A DNA stretch of 64,000 nucleotides from Turneriella sp. Lineage in GTDB: Bacteria > Spirochaetota > Leptospiria > Turneriellales > Turneriellaceae. Positions 1-9,616 of the stretch are shown here, in pieces. The position numbers were made by a program, and so were the translations under genes. The notes below the pieces were generated by a model, which was not told where the DNA came from, did no database searches, and saw only the letters and a program-made list of their open reading frames with translations. The stretch is taken from NCBI GenBank assembly GCA_965279515.1, contig CBDIID010000003.1, positions 1,344,001-1,408,000 on the forward strand, given 5' to 3'. Numbering within the stretch: position 1 is the first letter of the stretch; each line of letters begins with the position of its first letter.

Positions 1-1731
1 CAGAAACAGGCGCCGCAAATCGCGGATGACCGGCAGTTTTTCTGCCTGATCCTGCGGGAAGAACTGATCCAACCAGCGGACCGAGTTGATGAACAGGGGT
101 TTTCCGGCGTCTTTTGCATCGCGGATTTTCTTCTCGAGCGCCAGGCCCGTCTGGTGTGCACCGGCACGGCTATCGGCAATCAGCACCGAGGGGTTATCCC
201 CGTTACCGAGAATGCCGTCGATGCGCTTCATATAATAGTTTTCGCTGCCCTTGCCTTCAGAGACTTTGAGACTCAGCTTTTTCAGGTTATATTCGAAACG
301 ATCGGCTCGCAGGTAGAGCCAGGTGCCGGCAATGGACACCGGAACCAGAATGTACATGAGGTAGAGGAACACACGGCGGCGCGCATGGACAAAGCGGGCA
401 AAGGCATGTGCCCGGTCAGACTCGATGAAACGTTTGATCTTCGCTTCTTTCTGCGGGCGCCAGCGTTCGAAGAGTACGATAAAACTGGGCAGCACGGCGT
501 TCAGCGCGGCCCAGCAAATCAACATCCCCGTGCCACCGATAAAGCCGAATTGCGAAAAGCCTTTGAAGGTGGTGACAGACATAATGCCATAAGATATCGA
601 AGTCGCTACGGCAGCCATAAAGGTTGCCGAAATGGTATAAAAAAATGAACGGTTGAGCGAGCGCCTGAAGTGCACACCATTACCGCGTTCTTCAAGATAA
701 CGCGCGAGAAGTATCAATCCAAAGTTGATACCGTTACCGACGATAATCGAAGCGAGAAATGCGGTCTGCTGATTCAGATAACCGATCTTAAAATAGGTGA
801 CAGTAAACGTGAGCAGAATACCCACCAATATGCCCGCGCACAGCATCGCCACCATGCGCAGCGAACGGTAGAACAGGTAGATCGAAGCCAGAACCAGGAA
901 GATGGTGAGTCCCGCCGTTTCGACAGTGTCCTGAATGATGCTGGCAAAATTCTGTAACAGGGCGACGTATGTGCCGGCAAGCCCCACCTCGAGTTGCGGA
1001 TGGAATTTTGCGGGGTCGAGCGCGGCGATGTCCGCATTGAGGCGATCGATGATCGCGCGCGAGAACTTCTGGTCAGCGGCGTCGCCTGCCGGGCGGATAA
1101 TAATTGCCAAAGAATGGCCCTTCTCATCGGTAAAATAGCCGTCTTTGTTTGCGCCGAATGGATTTTCGGAGCGGTACTTTTTGAAGATTTTCTGCAGTAG
1201 CTTCTTGATGCGTGCGTCCGGGTTCGAGTCGTCGAGGTCGAGGCCGATCGCACCGAGGCGTGTTTTCTCGAAACGCTTGCGCATTGCATCGCGCAGCTCC
1301 TTGAGTTCATCCATGGAGAGATAATAGAACAGGTGATTCTTAAAAAAATTCGCGGCATCGGTAGTTTTGTATTCGAAAAACTTAATGAGATCTTTGGGAT
1401 ACTTCTGCAGCACGGCGGCAAAGGCTTCGGTAAACTTTTTATTCGCCTCAAAATCGGGCGAATGTATTGAAACAAACACATTGCCGACACCGCCCATGCG
1501 CTCTGTAGCCTCTTTAACATGCACAACGCTTCGATCGTTCTCCGGCAGCAGCGTCGCAAAATCCGTACGCACGTCCTGGAAGAGCTTGAAGGTAAAAAAG
1601 GCGCCGACGACCGATACCGCGAGCACCAGCAAAAGGATTTTTCCAGGCGCACGGTGTATGAGTTTTACCAGGGCCAGCTGCAGGTCGGTAATACGCCGGC
1701 CGAGCTTCGAGCGTTTCTTAGGGATTTGCAA
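1..1731 (-). CDS. MMPL/RND-family transporter (3' end runs off the window)
   Basis: Absent from the ORF track. Manual translation from TTG at 1731 gives MQIPKKRSKLGRRITDLQLALVKLIHRAPGKILLLVLAVSVVGAFFTF..DFATLLPEND, then IVGNGINFGLILLARYLEER and ATTSISYGIMSVTTFKGFSQFGFIGGTG, which are typical MMPL TM motifs. Starts just after the ACAD stop. Confidence 0.85.
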   Translation of the reverse strand, partial: MQIPKKRSKLGRRITDLQLALVKLIHRAPGKILLLVLAVSVVGAFFTFKLFQDVRTDFATLLPENDRSVVHVKEATERMGGVGNVFVSIHSPDFEANKKFTEAFAAVLQKYPKDLIKFFEYKTTDAANFFKNHLFYYLSMDELKELRDAMRKRFEKTRLGAIGLDLDDSNPDARIKKLLQKIFKKYRSENPFGANKDGYFTDEKGHSLAIIIRPAGDAADQKFSRAIIDRLNADIAALDPAKFHPQLEVGLAGTYVALLQNFASIIQDTVETAGLTIFLVLASIYLFYRSLRMVAMLCAGILVGILLTFTVTYFKIGYLNQQTAFLASIIVGNGINFGLILLARYLEERGNGVHFRRSLNRSFFYTISATFMAAVATSISYGIMSVTTFKGFSQFGFIGGTGMLICWAALNAVLPSFIVLFERWRPQKEAKIKRFIESDRAHAFARFVHARRRVFLYLMYILVPVSIAGTWLYLRADRFEYNLKKLSLKVSEGKGSENYYMKRIDGILGNGDNPSVLIADSRAGAHQTGLALEKKIRDAKDAGKPLFINSVRWLDQFFPQDQAEKLPVIRDLRRLFL

Positions 1732-1732
1732 A

Positions 1733-4135
1733 TTAAACCTTCTTTGATTCAGAACGCGCGACGATCGATTTCATGATCTCGGATGTACCACCACCGATTT
1801 CAGCGAGTTTGATATCGCGGTACAGGCGCGCCACGGGGAAATCCTCAATATAACCCGCGCCGCCGAAGACTTGTACAGCGAGGTTCGTGACCTCGCGCGC
1901 ATAGGTAGATGCCATGAGTTTCAGGGCCGCTGTGCGCGCGGTGAGTTCAATGCGCTCGCCGTTGTGCATATAATGACCCGGGCTGGCTCCAGAGCCAGCC
2001 CCAGGATGCCCTGCCTGGTCTAAAATCCACGCGGTTTCATGCAAGACCTGGCGCGCGGCCTCGTATTTTGTGATCATATCGGAGATCATGAATGCCACCG
2101 CCTGGTGTTTGATGATCGCCTTGCCGAATGATTTGCGCTCTTTCGCATATTTGCGCGAATGCTGAATGCAGGCGGCCATGACGCCCACAGAATACGCAGC
2201 CAGCGCGAGGCGTTCACGGTTGAACGCCGACATGATGATCGCAAAACCGCGGCCAGCACGACCGAGGATATCCGCCTCTGACACTTCGACTTCATCGAGA
2301 AAGAGCTCACCCGTCGGCGAGCCTTTGAGCCCGAGTTTATCCATGGGCTTGCCGCGGCTTACACCCTTCGCATGCGCATCAACAATGAAAACCGTCTGCC
2401 CTACCTTTTTGCCGTCTTTTTCGGCGACTGCAAGAATCAATACAGAATCACAGACTGGCGCGTTCGTGATATAGGTCTTCGTGCCACTGATATAGTACTT
2501 TCCGTTTTTGAAGACAGCCTTCGTCTGAATATTGGCGACGTCAGAGCCTGCACCGGGTTCGGTGACGCCGAGCGCGCCGATCTTTTTGCCCTGAACGATC
2601 TCGGGCAGATATTTCGCCTTTTGCGCGTCTGTGCCGTGCTCGCGGATCGGCAGGCCAAAGAGCCCCACCGACGCTCCCACAGAAAAAAAGGTCGATCCGC
2701 ATGCTTCGGCGAGCGCCTCTTGGTAATGTGTCGCCATAAAGTATGAGCTGTTGCTGCCACCGACCGACTCTTCGTGGCCAAGACCGTTATAGCCAACCTG
2801 GTAGAGTTTCTCAAAATGCGACCGTGGGATTTCCCCTTTTTTGTCCATTTCGCCCGTACGGGGCGCGAGCTCTTTTTGGCAAAAGTTGCGGAAACTATGG
2901 AAGAGTTCTTTCTGTTCTTCGTCGAGGTCGGCATCGAGCCACAGCTCTTTCATATTCGATGCAATGATCGAACGCATCACTTCGGAAGTACCTGCACCGA
3001 GCGTGCTGAGACGCACGTCGCGGTACGCGCGCTCCACCGGGTATTCGTGGATAAAACAATAGCCGCCAAACACCTGGCCCATGTCATAGGCAACTTCGAC
3101 ATTGCTTTCGGTAGTGTAGAGTTTGCCGATGGAAGATTCGATCGGTGCGGGCAATCCCTTGTCTTTTTTGATCGCGCTCGAATAGATGAGGAGCCGCGCG
3201 GCATCGAGCTTGTAGCGCGAACGCGCGATCTTGTCCTGGATTGCCTGAAAACGGATGATGGGTTCGCCGAACTGCTCGCGCTGTTTTGCATAGCGCGTGC
3301 CTTCTGTAATGAGATTCTTCATCGAGCCGAGGCCCGCAGCCACAAGCACCGTACGTTCCCATTCGAGGGTCGCGCGGCCGACGCGCAGAAACCCCGAATT
3401 CTCTTCGCTGATCATATTCTCCGCGGGGACTTCCATATCTTCGAAGATGAGTTCACTCGTTGTCGAAGTTCTCATTCCCATTTTGTTGAGTTTTTTGCCG
3501 ACAGAAAAACCTTTAAAATTCTTTTCAACGATAAAAACAGAAACACCAAAGGCGCCCTTCTTTTTGTCGGTGATCGCCATGCAGACAAAGACATCGCCGA
3601 TCGGGCCATTGGTGATAAACATCTTCGAGCCATTGATGATGTAGCGGTCGCCTTTTTTGACGGCTACGGTGCGCATGCTACCCGCGGCGTCTGAACCGGA
3701 ACTGGGCTCGGTGAGACCCAAGCCTGCGGTCCATTCGCCTGAGGCGAGTTTCGGTAAATATTTTTTCTTTTGTGCGTCCGTACCTAGGAGGGCAATCGGC
3801 ATGGTACCGATGATCGCGTGTGCGCCCAACGCCAGGGTGAGTCCCCCGTCGAGCGAACCTTCGGCGAAGGCTTCGTGCGCGACTGTGGTCATGAGGCACG
3901 ATGCCCCGCTGCCGCCATACTCTTCCTGAACAGAGAGCCCCAAAAGCCCGATGTTCGCCATCTTTTTCCACAGTGCGGGATCCCATGTGCCGGCGAGGTC
4001 GCGCGCTTCGGAAGAAGGGCGGATGTCGCGCACCGCGAAGTCATAGACCTGTTCGCGGAACTCCATCACCTCGTCGGGCAGGCGGTATTTCATGGCCCTC
4101 GGAGCTATTACGGGTTCACTGGCGGTCGTTGGCAT
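1733..4135 (-). CDS. Tandem two-domain acyl-CoA dehydrogenase (800 aa)
   Basis: Two complete ACAD motif sets: LTEPSSGSD/GSKMFITNG/LEWER/GAGTSE and VTEPGAGSD/GTKTYITNA/FNRER/GGGTSE. Confidence 0.93.
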   Translation of the reverse strand: MPTTASEPVIAPRAMKYRLPDEVMEFREQVYDFAVRDIRPSSEARDLAGTWDPALWKKMANIGLLGLSVQEEYGGSGASCLMTTVAHEAFAEGSLDGGLTLALGAHAIIGTMPIALLGTDAQKKKYLPKLASGEWTAGLGLTEPSSGSDAAGSMRTVAVKKGDRYIINGSKMFITNGPIGDVFVCMAITDKKKGAFGVSVFIVEKNFKGFSVGKKLNKMGMRTSTTSELIFEDMEVPAENMISEENSGFLRVGRATLEWERTVLVAAGLGSMKNLITEGTRYAKQREQFGEPIIRFQAIQDKIARSRYKLDAARLLIYSSAIKKDKGLPAPIESSIGKLYTTESNVEVAYDMGQVFGGYCFIHEYPVERAYRDVRLSTLGAGTSEVMRSIIASNMKELWLDADLDEEQKELFHSFRNFCQKELAPRTGEMDKKGEIPRSHFEKLYQVGYNGLGHEESVGGSNSSYFMATHYQEALAEACGSTFFSVGASVGLFGLPIREHGTDAQKAKYLPEIVQGKKIGALGVTEPGAGSDVANIQTKAVFKNGKYYISGTKTYITNAPVCDSVLILAVAEKDGKKVGQTVFIVDAHAKGVSRGKPMDKLGLKGSPTGELFLDEVEVSEADILGRAGRGFAIIMSAFNRERLALAAYSVGVMAACIQHSRKYAKERKSFGKAIIKHQAVAFMISDMITKYEAARQVLHETAWILDQAGHPGAGSGASPGHYMHNGERIELTARTAALKLMASTYAREVTNLAVQVFGGAGYIEDFPVARLYRDIKLAEIGGGTSEIMKSIVARSESKKV
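1975..2020. repeat. In-frame palindromic insert in ACAD domain 2
   Basis: GGGCTGGCTC-CA-GAGCCAGCCC (1980-2001) plus CAGG-ATGC-CCTG, closed by GACC/GGTC; encodes AGHPGAGSGASPGH. Confidence 0.6.
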
Positions 4136-4211
4136 GCCGCCAGAAAATGAATTTAAGGGCGACGGACAAGGAAAACATCGCTGCTGTAGTAGCCGTTACA
4201 GGCCCGGCATT

Positions 4212-4699
4212 TCAGAGATTAAACTGCAGCGTCAGGCCGAAAGAAAACATGAGCGCATCACTGAAGACAGTTCCCTGGTTCGTGGTCGTGGTGGTAATAC
4301 CGTCGGTCTGGCTCTGCTGGCGGTGGCTGAAGAACATGTTGTGCTCAAGGCCCAGTTCGAAGGCTAGAGATAAAAAGCCTTCCACAGATCAAACCGGTAT
4401 GAAATACCTGCGAGTATACCGAAGCCGAGCGCCACCCACGGTGCAAATCCGCCCCAGAGATTTTGATACGCGTACTGCAAACGGAAGGTCCCGAAATCTG
4501 TGGTTTGCGGCAGTTGCACATCTGTGGGCTGCATCGCCACAGGTTCTGTGGGTGAAGCCTTTGTGAATACTGTGGTGGCGGTATGCGGATGGACAAAGGT
4601 AATCGCGTGGCGGAATTCTTTTGGCTTCTCATCAGCCGCGTTGAGCCCGCTCAGTGCAGAAACGCACAGCAAGGCGCTAAAATATTTTCCGCGTACCAC
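4212..4699 (-). pseudogene. Frameshifted small outer-membrane beta-barrel-like protein
   Basis: The signal-peptide ORF (VRGKYFSALLCVSALSGLNAADE...) stops at WKAFYL* (4364). Another frame continues AFELGLEHNMFF...ALMFSFGLTLQFNL* to 4212. Confidence 0.55.
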
Positions 4700-4752
4700 A
4701 ACACATGAATTAATTCTGGTAGCTGCTGCCAAGAGCAAAAAAATGCCGGGAA

Positions 4753-7182
4753 TTGCGGCGGCTGAATCTGTACATCTACTTCGGCTTCTCTGCCGCGCTG
4801 TCAGCTGCACCCGCAGAGATCTTTATTTCCGGAGAGGGTAACGAGCCCGTGGAATTTGGCACGGCCATCATCAGCGAGGCGCGTTTCAAAACCAATTTTT
4901 CCGACGGTCGCCTCCGCCTGCCCGACCTGAAACCGGGTAAATATACCCTGCGCCTGAGCGGCCCGGGACGGCAACGCGTTGACCAGGAAATCACGCTGCC
5001 GCTGAGAAAAAAAATCACCATCCAGATGCCACTCGAAATACGCCGGGCGCAGACCGTGCGCCTCATCACGCACGATGAGAAACATAACGTAGCCAAACAC
5101 CAGCTGCAACAGCACGAACTGAAGTCCGTCCCCGCAACCTTCGGTGACAATATCTCTGCGCTTGCCACACTGCCAGGCGTCAACCGCCCCGGCGGCATCT
5201 TCGGCCCGTTGATTATCCGCGGCGCACCCGATACCGCGAACCGCTATTTTATCGACGATGTTCCCGTGATTAACCCGCAGCATTTCGGCGGCTTCCAGTC
5301 GGTACTGTCGAACGAGCTCATCGACGATATCACGCTCTTCAGCTCAGGTTTCTCCGCGACTTACGGGCAGGCACTGGGGGCAATCATCGATATCCGCACA
5401 ATTGAAGCCCTGCAGAAACCACAGACGGTGATACAGGTGGGCATCATCTCTTCCAACGCGTTCTTCGGTGCGCCCTGGTCGATCTTTTCGCCGAAACCAC
5501 CACCCCTGCGCGCAAACGCCACGCCTGAAGAGAAGGCCGCAGACCTCGAAGTCCGCCGCAAGGCCGACGTCGATACCGGTTTTTTCTCGATCTCCGGGCG
5601 GGTGGGATATCTCTCGCTGCTGGTGCCGCCGATCTACAAAGCCATTACCGGCAAAGAAATTGTCGCTGTCCCGGAATATTACGACTACCAGTGGAAGGCG
5701 CGCTGGTACCTGGGCGACGGTAACCGGCACGCGGTCTCGATGTTTGTGTTTGGCAGCTACGATACTTTTACGCTGATACGCAAGCTGACCGACGATGAGA
5801 AGAAAGACCGCGTCGCGCAGGGCGAAAATCCGGCGGCGGGTGACCTCACCGTCTTCAACGACATTTCATCGCACAGCCAGAGCTTGTCTTACGACTACAA
5901 ACCGTCGAACAACATAAAACTCCGCACGATGCTTTTCAACACACTGATCTACAGCCGGTTTTACCGCGAAGCTCCCGGGCAATCCTTTGGTATCATCGAC
6001 GTCAACACGCGCCCGAACGTCACGGGCCTGCGTGAAATTCTCGACGTCTATTATTTCGACCGCAAGGCGCGGCTCAAGGCCGGCGTCGACTACCAGTTCT
6101 TTCATTTTAACAGTTCGGGCACGACGCAGCAGGTGAAGGCGTCGGTACCCGCGGGCCAGGCCGATTTTAATAATCCCAATGACTTCGACATCGTCAGCGT
6201 CGCGGCGCTGGGTGAAAATCATCTCATCTCTGCCTATGTCGAAAACCGTTTTGAATACAAAGGTTTTTTCGTAACTCCCGGCGCGCGCACCGATTATTTA
6301 ACGCGCTCGCAGGAAGCGACGGTGGATTTCCGCGGTCTGGCGGGCTATAAATTTCCGACGAATACCACATTCGCCGTATCGGGCGGCCACTATTCCTCCT
6401 TCGCCCAGACCAACTGGTACCGCTTCAACCAGGCAAGCCGGCGAGAGGCGCGCGTCGTCACTGCCGATTACCTGAAAAGCGAGAAAGGAACGCACCGCAG
6501 TGTCGCGCTCGAGCAGGAGATCGGGCTGACCGTATTCAAAGTAGAAGGTTTTTATAACAACCTCTATGACCAGATGCGCAACATGCAGACTCCCGATCTC
6601 ATCCAGGGAATATATTATGACAACTCGGGTGCATCGCTCGCACGCGGCGTCGAAGTCAGCCTGCGCAAATCCCTGCAGGAAAATGAGGATGGTTTTTTCG
6701 GCTGGGTATCGTATACCTTTACGCGCGCCGATTTTTCGGACATTGACAAGAGCTATCCGTTTCGCTACGAGCAACGCCACGTCGTCAAACTCATCGGCGT
6801 GTTGCGCTGGGGTGTTTACGAACTCGGTGCACGCTTCGAAATGTTCACGGGTTTCCCTTATACACCCATCACCGGCAGCAGCTGTGTTTCGTCATGCGGT
6901 ACCAGCACGGCACAATATGCGCCAGAGACATCGGCCGCGACGAACAGCGCAAACTATCCGCTATTCCACCGGCTCGATCTGCGCTTCACGCGCAAAAGTC
7001 ACTACAGCTGGGGTACATTTTCCTGGTACATCGAATTCATCAATGTCTACAACCTTGAACCCAAGATCCGCCAGGCCTTCGACAGCTCGCGCCCGTATGA
7101 GGCGGGCGTGAACCCGAGCCTCAAAGGCCCGCAGACGCCGCTCAACCTGATCCCGAATTTCGGGCTCGAATGGAAGTTCTAA
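4753..7182 (+). CDS. TonB-dependent receptor
   Basis: Plug motifs LATLPGV, IIRG, FSATYGQALGAIIDI; barrel with RLDLR and a C-terminal FGLEWKF. Confidence 0.9.
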   Translation: MRRLNLYIYFGFSAALSAAPAEIFISGEGNEPVEFGTAIISEARFKTNFSDGRLRLPDLKPGKYTLRLSGPGRQRVDQEITLPLRKKITIQMPLEIRRAQTVRLITHDEKHNVAKHQLQQHELKSVPATFGDNISALATLPGVNRPGGIFGPLIIRGAPDTANRYFIDDVPVINPQHFGGFQSVLSNELIDDITLFSSGFSATYGQALGAIIDIRTIEALQKPQTVIQVGIISSNAFFGAPWSIFSPKPPPLRANATPEEKAADLEVRRKADVDTGFFSISGRVGYLSLLVPPIYKAITGKEIVAVPEYYDYQWKARWYLGDGNRHAVSMFVFGSYDTFTLIRKLTDDEKKDRVAQGENPAAGDLTVFNDISSHSQSLSYDYKPSNNIKLRTMLFNTLIYSRFYREAPGQSFGIIDVNTRPNVTGLREILDVYYFDRKARLKAGVDYQFFHFNSSGTTQQVKASVPAGQADFNNPNDFDIVSVAALGENHLISAYVENRFEYKGFFVTPGARTDYLTRSQEATVDFRGLAGYKFPTNTTFAVSGGHYSSFAQTNWYRFNQASRREARVVTADYLKSEKGTHRSVALEQEIGLTVFKVEGFYNNLYDQMRNMQTPDLIQGIYYDNSGASLARGVEVSLRKSLQENEDGFFGWVSYTFTRADFSDIDKSYPFRYEQRHVVKLIGVLRWGVYELGARFEMFTGFPYTPITGSSCVSSCGTSTAQYAPETSAATNSANYPLFHRLDLRFTRKSHYSWGTFSWYIEFINVYNLEPKIRQAFDSSRPYEAGVNPSLKGPQTPLNLIPNFGLEWKF

Positions 7183-7225
7183 AAAAAACTCGCGGAAGCG
7201 GAACGGGTTTTTATGGTGACGGACC

Positions 7226-9616
7226 ATGAACATGGCCGTACCGATCACCCAATTACTCAGCGACGGCCTCGAGCGGCACCTGCTGTTTTCTCTCGGCAAA
7301 AAAAAAGGTGAAGCCAGCGCCTATGAGACCTATGTCGCGCTTTCGCTGTCCGTGCGCGACATCATGCGCAAACAATATGTCGAAGGCAAACGGCCCGGTT
7401 CCGGCGGCAAAAAACGTGTCTATTACCTTTCGATGGAGTTTCTCATCGGGCAAATGCTGGGTTCGAACCTGCTCAACCTGAATCTCATGCGCGAGGCGGA
7501 TGCACTGCTGCGCGAACAGGGTTTTGCCCTCAAACAAATCTTAACCCTCGAACCCGACGCCGCGCTCGGTAACGGCGGCTTAGGCCGCTTGGCCGCCTGC
7601 TTTCTCGACAGCGCGGCGAGCCTCGACATTCCCTGTTATGGCGCCGGGCTCTGTTATGAATTCGGTCTCTTTAAACAGTCGATCGTCGCAGGCGAGCAGC
7701 GCGAGTCGCCCGATATCTGGCTCGAAGGCAATTATCCCTGGCTCATCGAACGGCAGGATATTGCATACCGCGTCGAGTTCTACGGCAAAACGCAGCACGG
7801 CAAGACCACGGAGTGGATCGACACCGAAGTCATCATGGCGCGGGCACGCGACGTGCTGCATCCCGGGTTCAGAAACGGTATCGTCACCCACCTGCGCCTG
7901 TGGTGGGCCGAGCACTCGTCTGAATTCCGTCTCGATTATTTTCAGCACGGCGACTACCTGCGCGCGATGGAAGACCAGGTGCGCGCCGAGAGTATCTCAA
8001 AATTGCTCTATCCGAGCGATAACCATATCATGGGCTATGAGCTGCGCCTCAAACAGGAATATTTTCTCGTCAGCGCCACGGTACAAGATGCGCTCGCGGC
8101 GTTTCTTAAAGAAGAAAATGATCTGCGCAAACTGCCCGAACGCGTCTTTTTCCAACTCAATGACACGCATCCCGCTGTCGCCGTCGCTGAGCTCATGCGC
8201 CTTCTGGTCGACAAACACCAACTCGACTTCGACACCGCGTGGGATATCACCCGCGGCGCTGTCGGCTATACCAATCACACCATCATGCCCGAGGCGCTCG
8301 AGGTCTGGAACCTCGAACTTTTCGGCCGCCTGTTGCCGCGTCACCTCGAAATCATCTACGATATCAACTTCCGTTTTCTGAAAAAGCTGCGCGAACAGGG
8401 GACGGCAGAAAACGTCATCGAACGCGTCTCCGTCATACAAGAGGGACATCCCAAAAAAATACGCATGGCGAACCTGGCTGTTGTCGGCGCCTCGGCGGTG
8501 AACGGCGTTTCTGCGCTGCATAGCCGGCTGGTGCGCGAAAATCTTTTCCCCGACTACGCCGCGCTCTGGCCCGAAAAGTTCCAGAGCAAAACAAATGGCG
8601 TCACCTTCAGGCGCTGGCTGATTTCGGCGAACCCGGCATTGGCCCGCCTGATCGGCGAATCAATCGGTGAAGCATGGCTGACCGATCATACAAAGCTTAC
8701 AGAGCTTAAAAAATTCAGCAACGACACCGCATTCATGGAGAAATGGCTCGTTATCAAAGACGGTAACCGGGCACGGCTCAGAAACCTGATCCGCGAACGC
8801 ACGGGGCAAGAGGTACCGCAGAATACCTTTTTCGATGTGCATATCAAGCGCATCCATGAATACAAACGGCAGTTGCTGAATGTCATGCGGATTATCCGCA
8901 TTGCCATCGACATTCTCGCCGGGACAGACGGTATCGAACAGCACCGCACGTTTGTCTTCGCCGGCAAGGCAGCCCCGAGCTACCACCGCGCAAAACTCAT
9001 CATCCGCCTCATCCATGCACTCTCCGCATACATTGAAAAGAACCCGGCGCTGAAAAAGAAAATCCAGGTTGTGTTTTTGCCGAACTTCTGCGTGAGCCTC
9101 GCGGAAAAAATCTATCCCGGCGCCGATCTTTCGGAACAGATCAGCACCGCCGGCACCGAAGCGTCGGGCACGGGCAATATGAAATTTATGCTCAACGGCG
9201 TGCCGACGCTCGGCACGCTCGACGGCGCCAATATCGAAATCGGCGAAGAGACGGGCGCTGAAAACATCTACATTTTCGGAAATACCGTCGCCGAAATTCA
9301 TCAGTTGCAACGTACAGGGTACAACCCCGTCGAGCTCGCCGAACAACCGGTACTGAAAGAAGTTTTTCATTTCATGACGGCACTCGGTGAAGATTTCCGC
9401 GAGCTGAAAGACGCGCTCACCTACCAGGGCGATCCGTATTTTCATCTTGCCGATTTCGCCTCTTATATGGATATCCAGCGGCGAATACTCGGCGATTTCC
9501 GGAACGAAAAACTCTGGTTCGCAAAATGCCTCGCCAACACCGCGCAGTCGGGAAAATTTTCTTCAGACCGCATGGTCTCTGAATATGCGCGCGATATCTG
9601 GCGGCTCAAGGGATGA
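7226..9616 (+). CDS. glgP: Glycogen/starch phosphorylase
   Basis: LGNGGLGRLAACFLDS, QLNDTHP, KRIHEYKRQ, PLP-lysine motif EASGTGNMKF. Confidence 0.97.
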   Translation: MNMAVPITQLLSDGLERHLLFSLGKKKGEASAYETYVALSLSVRDIMRKQYVEGKRPGSGGKKRVYYLSMEFLIGQMLGSNLLNLNLMREADALLREQGFALKQILTLEPDAALGNGGLGRLAACFLDSAASLDIPCYGAGLCYEFGLFKQSIVAGEQRESPDIWLEGNYPWLIERQDIAYRVEFYGKTQHGKTTEWIDTEVIMARARDVLHPGFRNGIVTHLRLWWAEHSSEFRLDYFQHGDYLRAMEDQVRAESISKLLYPSDNHIMGYELRLKQEYFLVSATVQDALAAFLKEENDLRKLPERVFFQLNDTHPAVAVAELMRLLVDKHQLDFDTAWDITRGAVGYTNHTIMPEALEVWNLELFGRLLPRHLEIIYDINFRFLKKLREQGTAENVIERVSVIQEGHPKKIRMANLAVVGASAVNGVSALHSRLVRENLFPDYAALWPEKFQSKTNGVTFRRWLISANPALARLIGESIGEAWLTDHTKLTELKKFSNDTAFMEKWLVIKDGNRARLRNLIRERTGQEVPQNTFFDVHIKRIHEYKRQLLNVMRIIRIAIDILAGTDGIEQHRTFVFAGKAAPSYHRAKLIIRLIHALSAYIEKNPALKKKIQVVFLPNFCVSLAEKIYPGADLSEQISTAGTEASGTGNMKFMLNGVPTLGTLDGANIEIGEETGAENIYIFGNTVAEIHQLQRTGYNPVELAEQPVLKEVFHFMTALGEDFRELKDALTYQGDPYFHLADFASYMDIQRRILGDFRNEKLWFAKCLANTAQSGKFSSDRMVSEYARDIWRLKG

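Noticed and set aside
154..1776. Listed ORFs in this interval
   Set aside because: They are shadows of the edge-truncated minus-strand MMPL gene missing from the track
2774..3694. Long antisense ORFs (also 24556-25698 and 58549-59331)
   Set aside because: Antisense to well-supported genes, with no motifs; expected from codon bias
4753..9616. TonB receptor as a maltodextrin importer
   Set aside because: Adjacency is the only support; no SusD partner, and a weak hairpin with a T run follows the receptor
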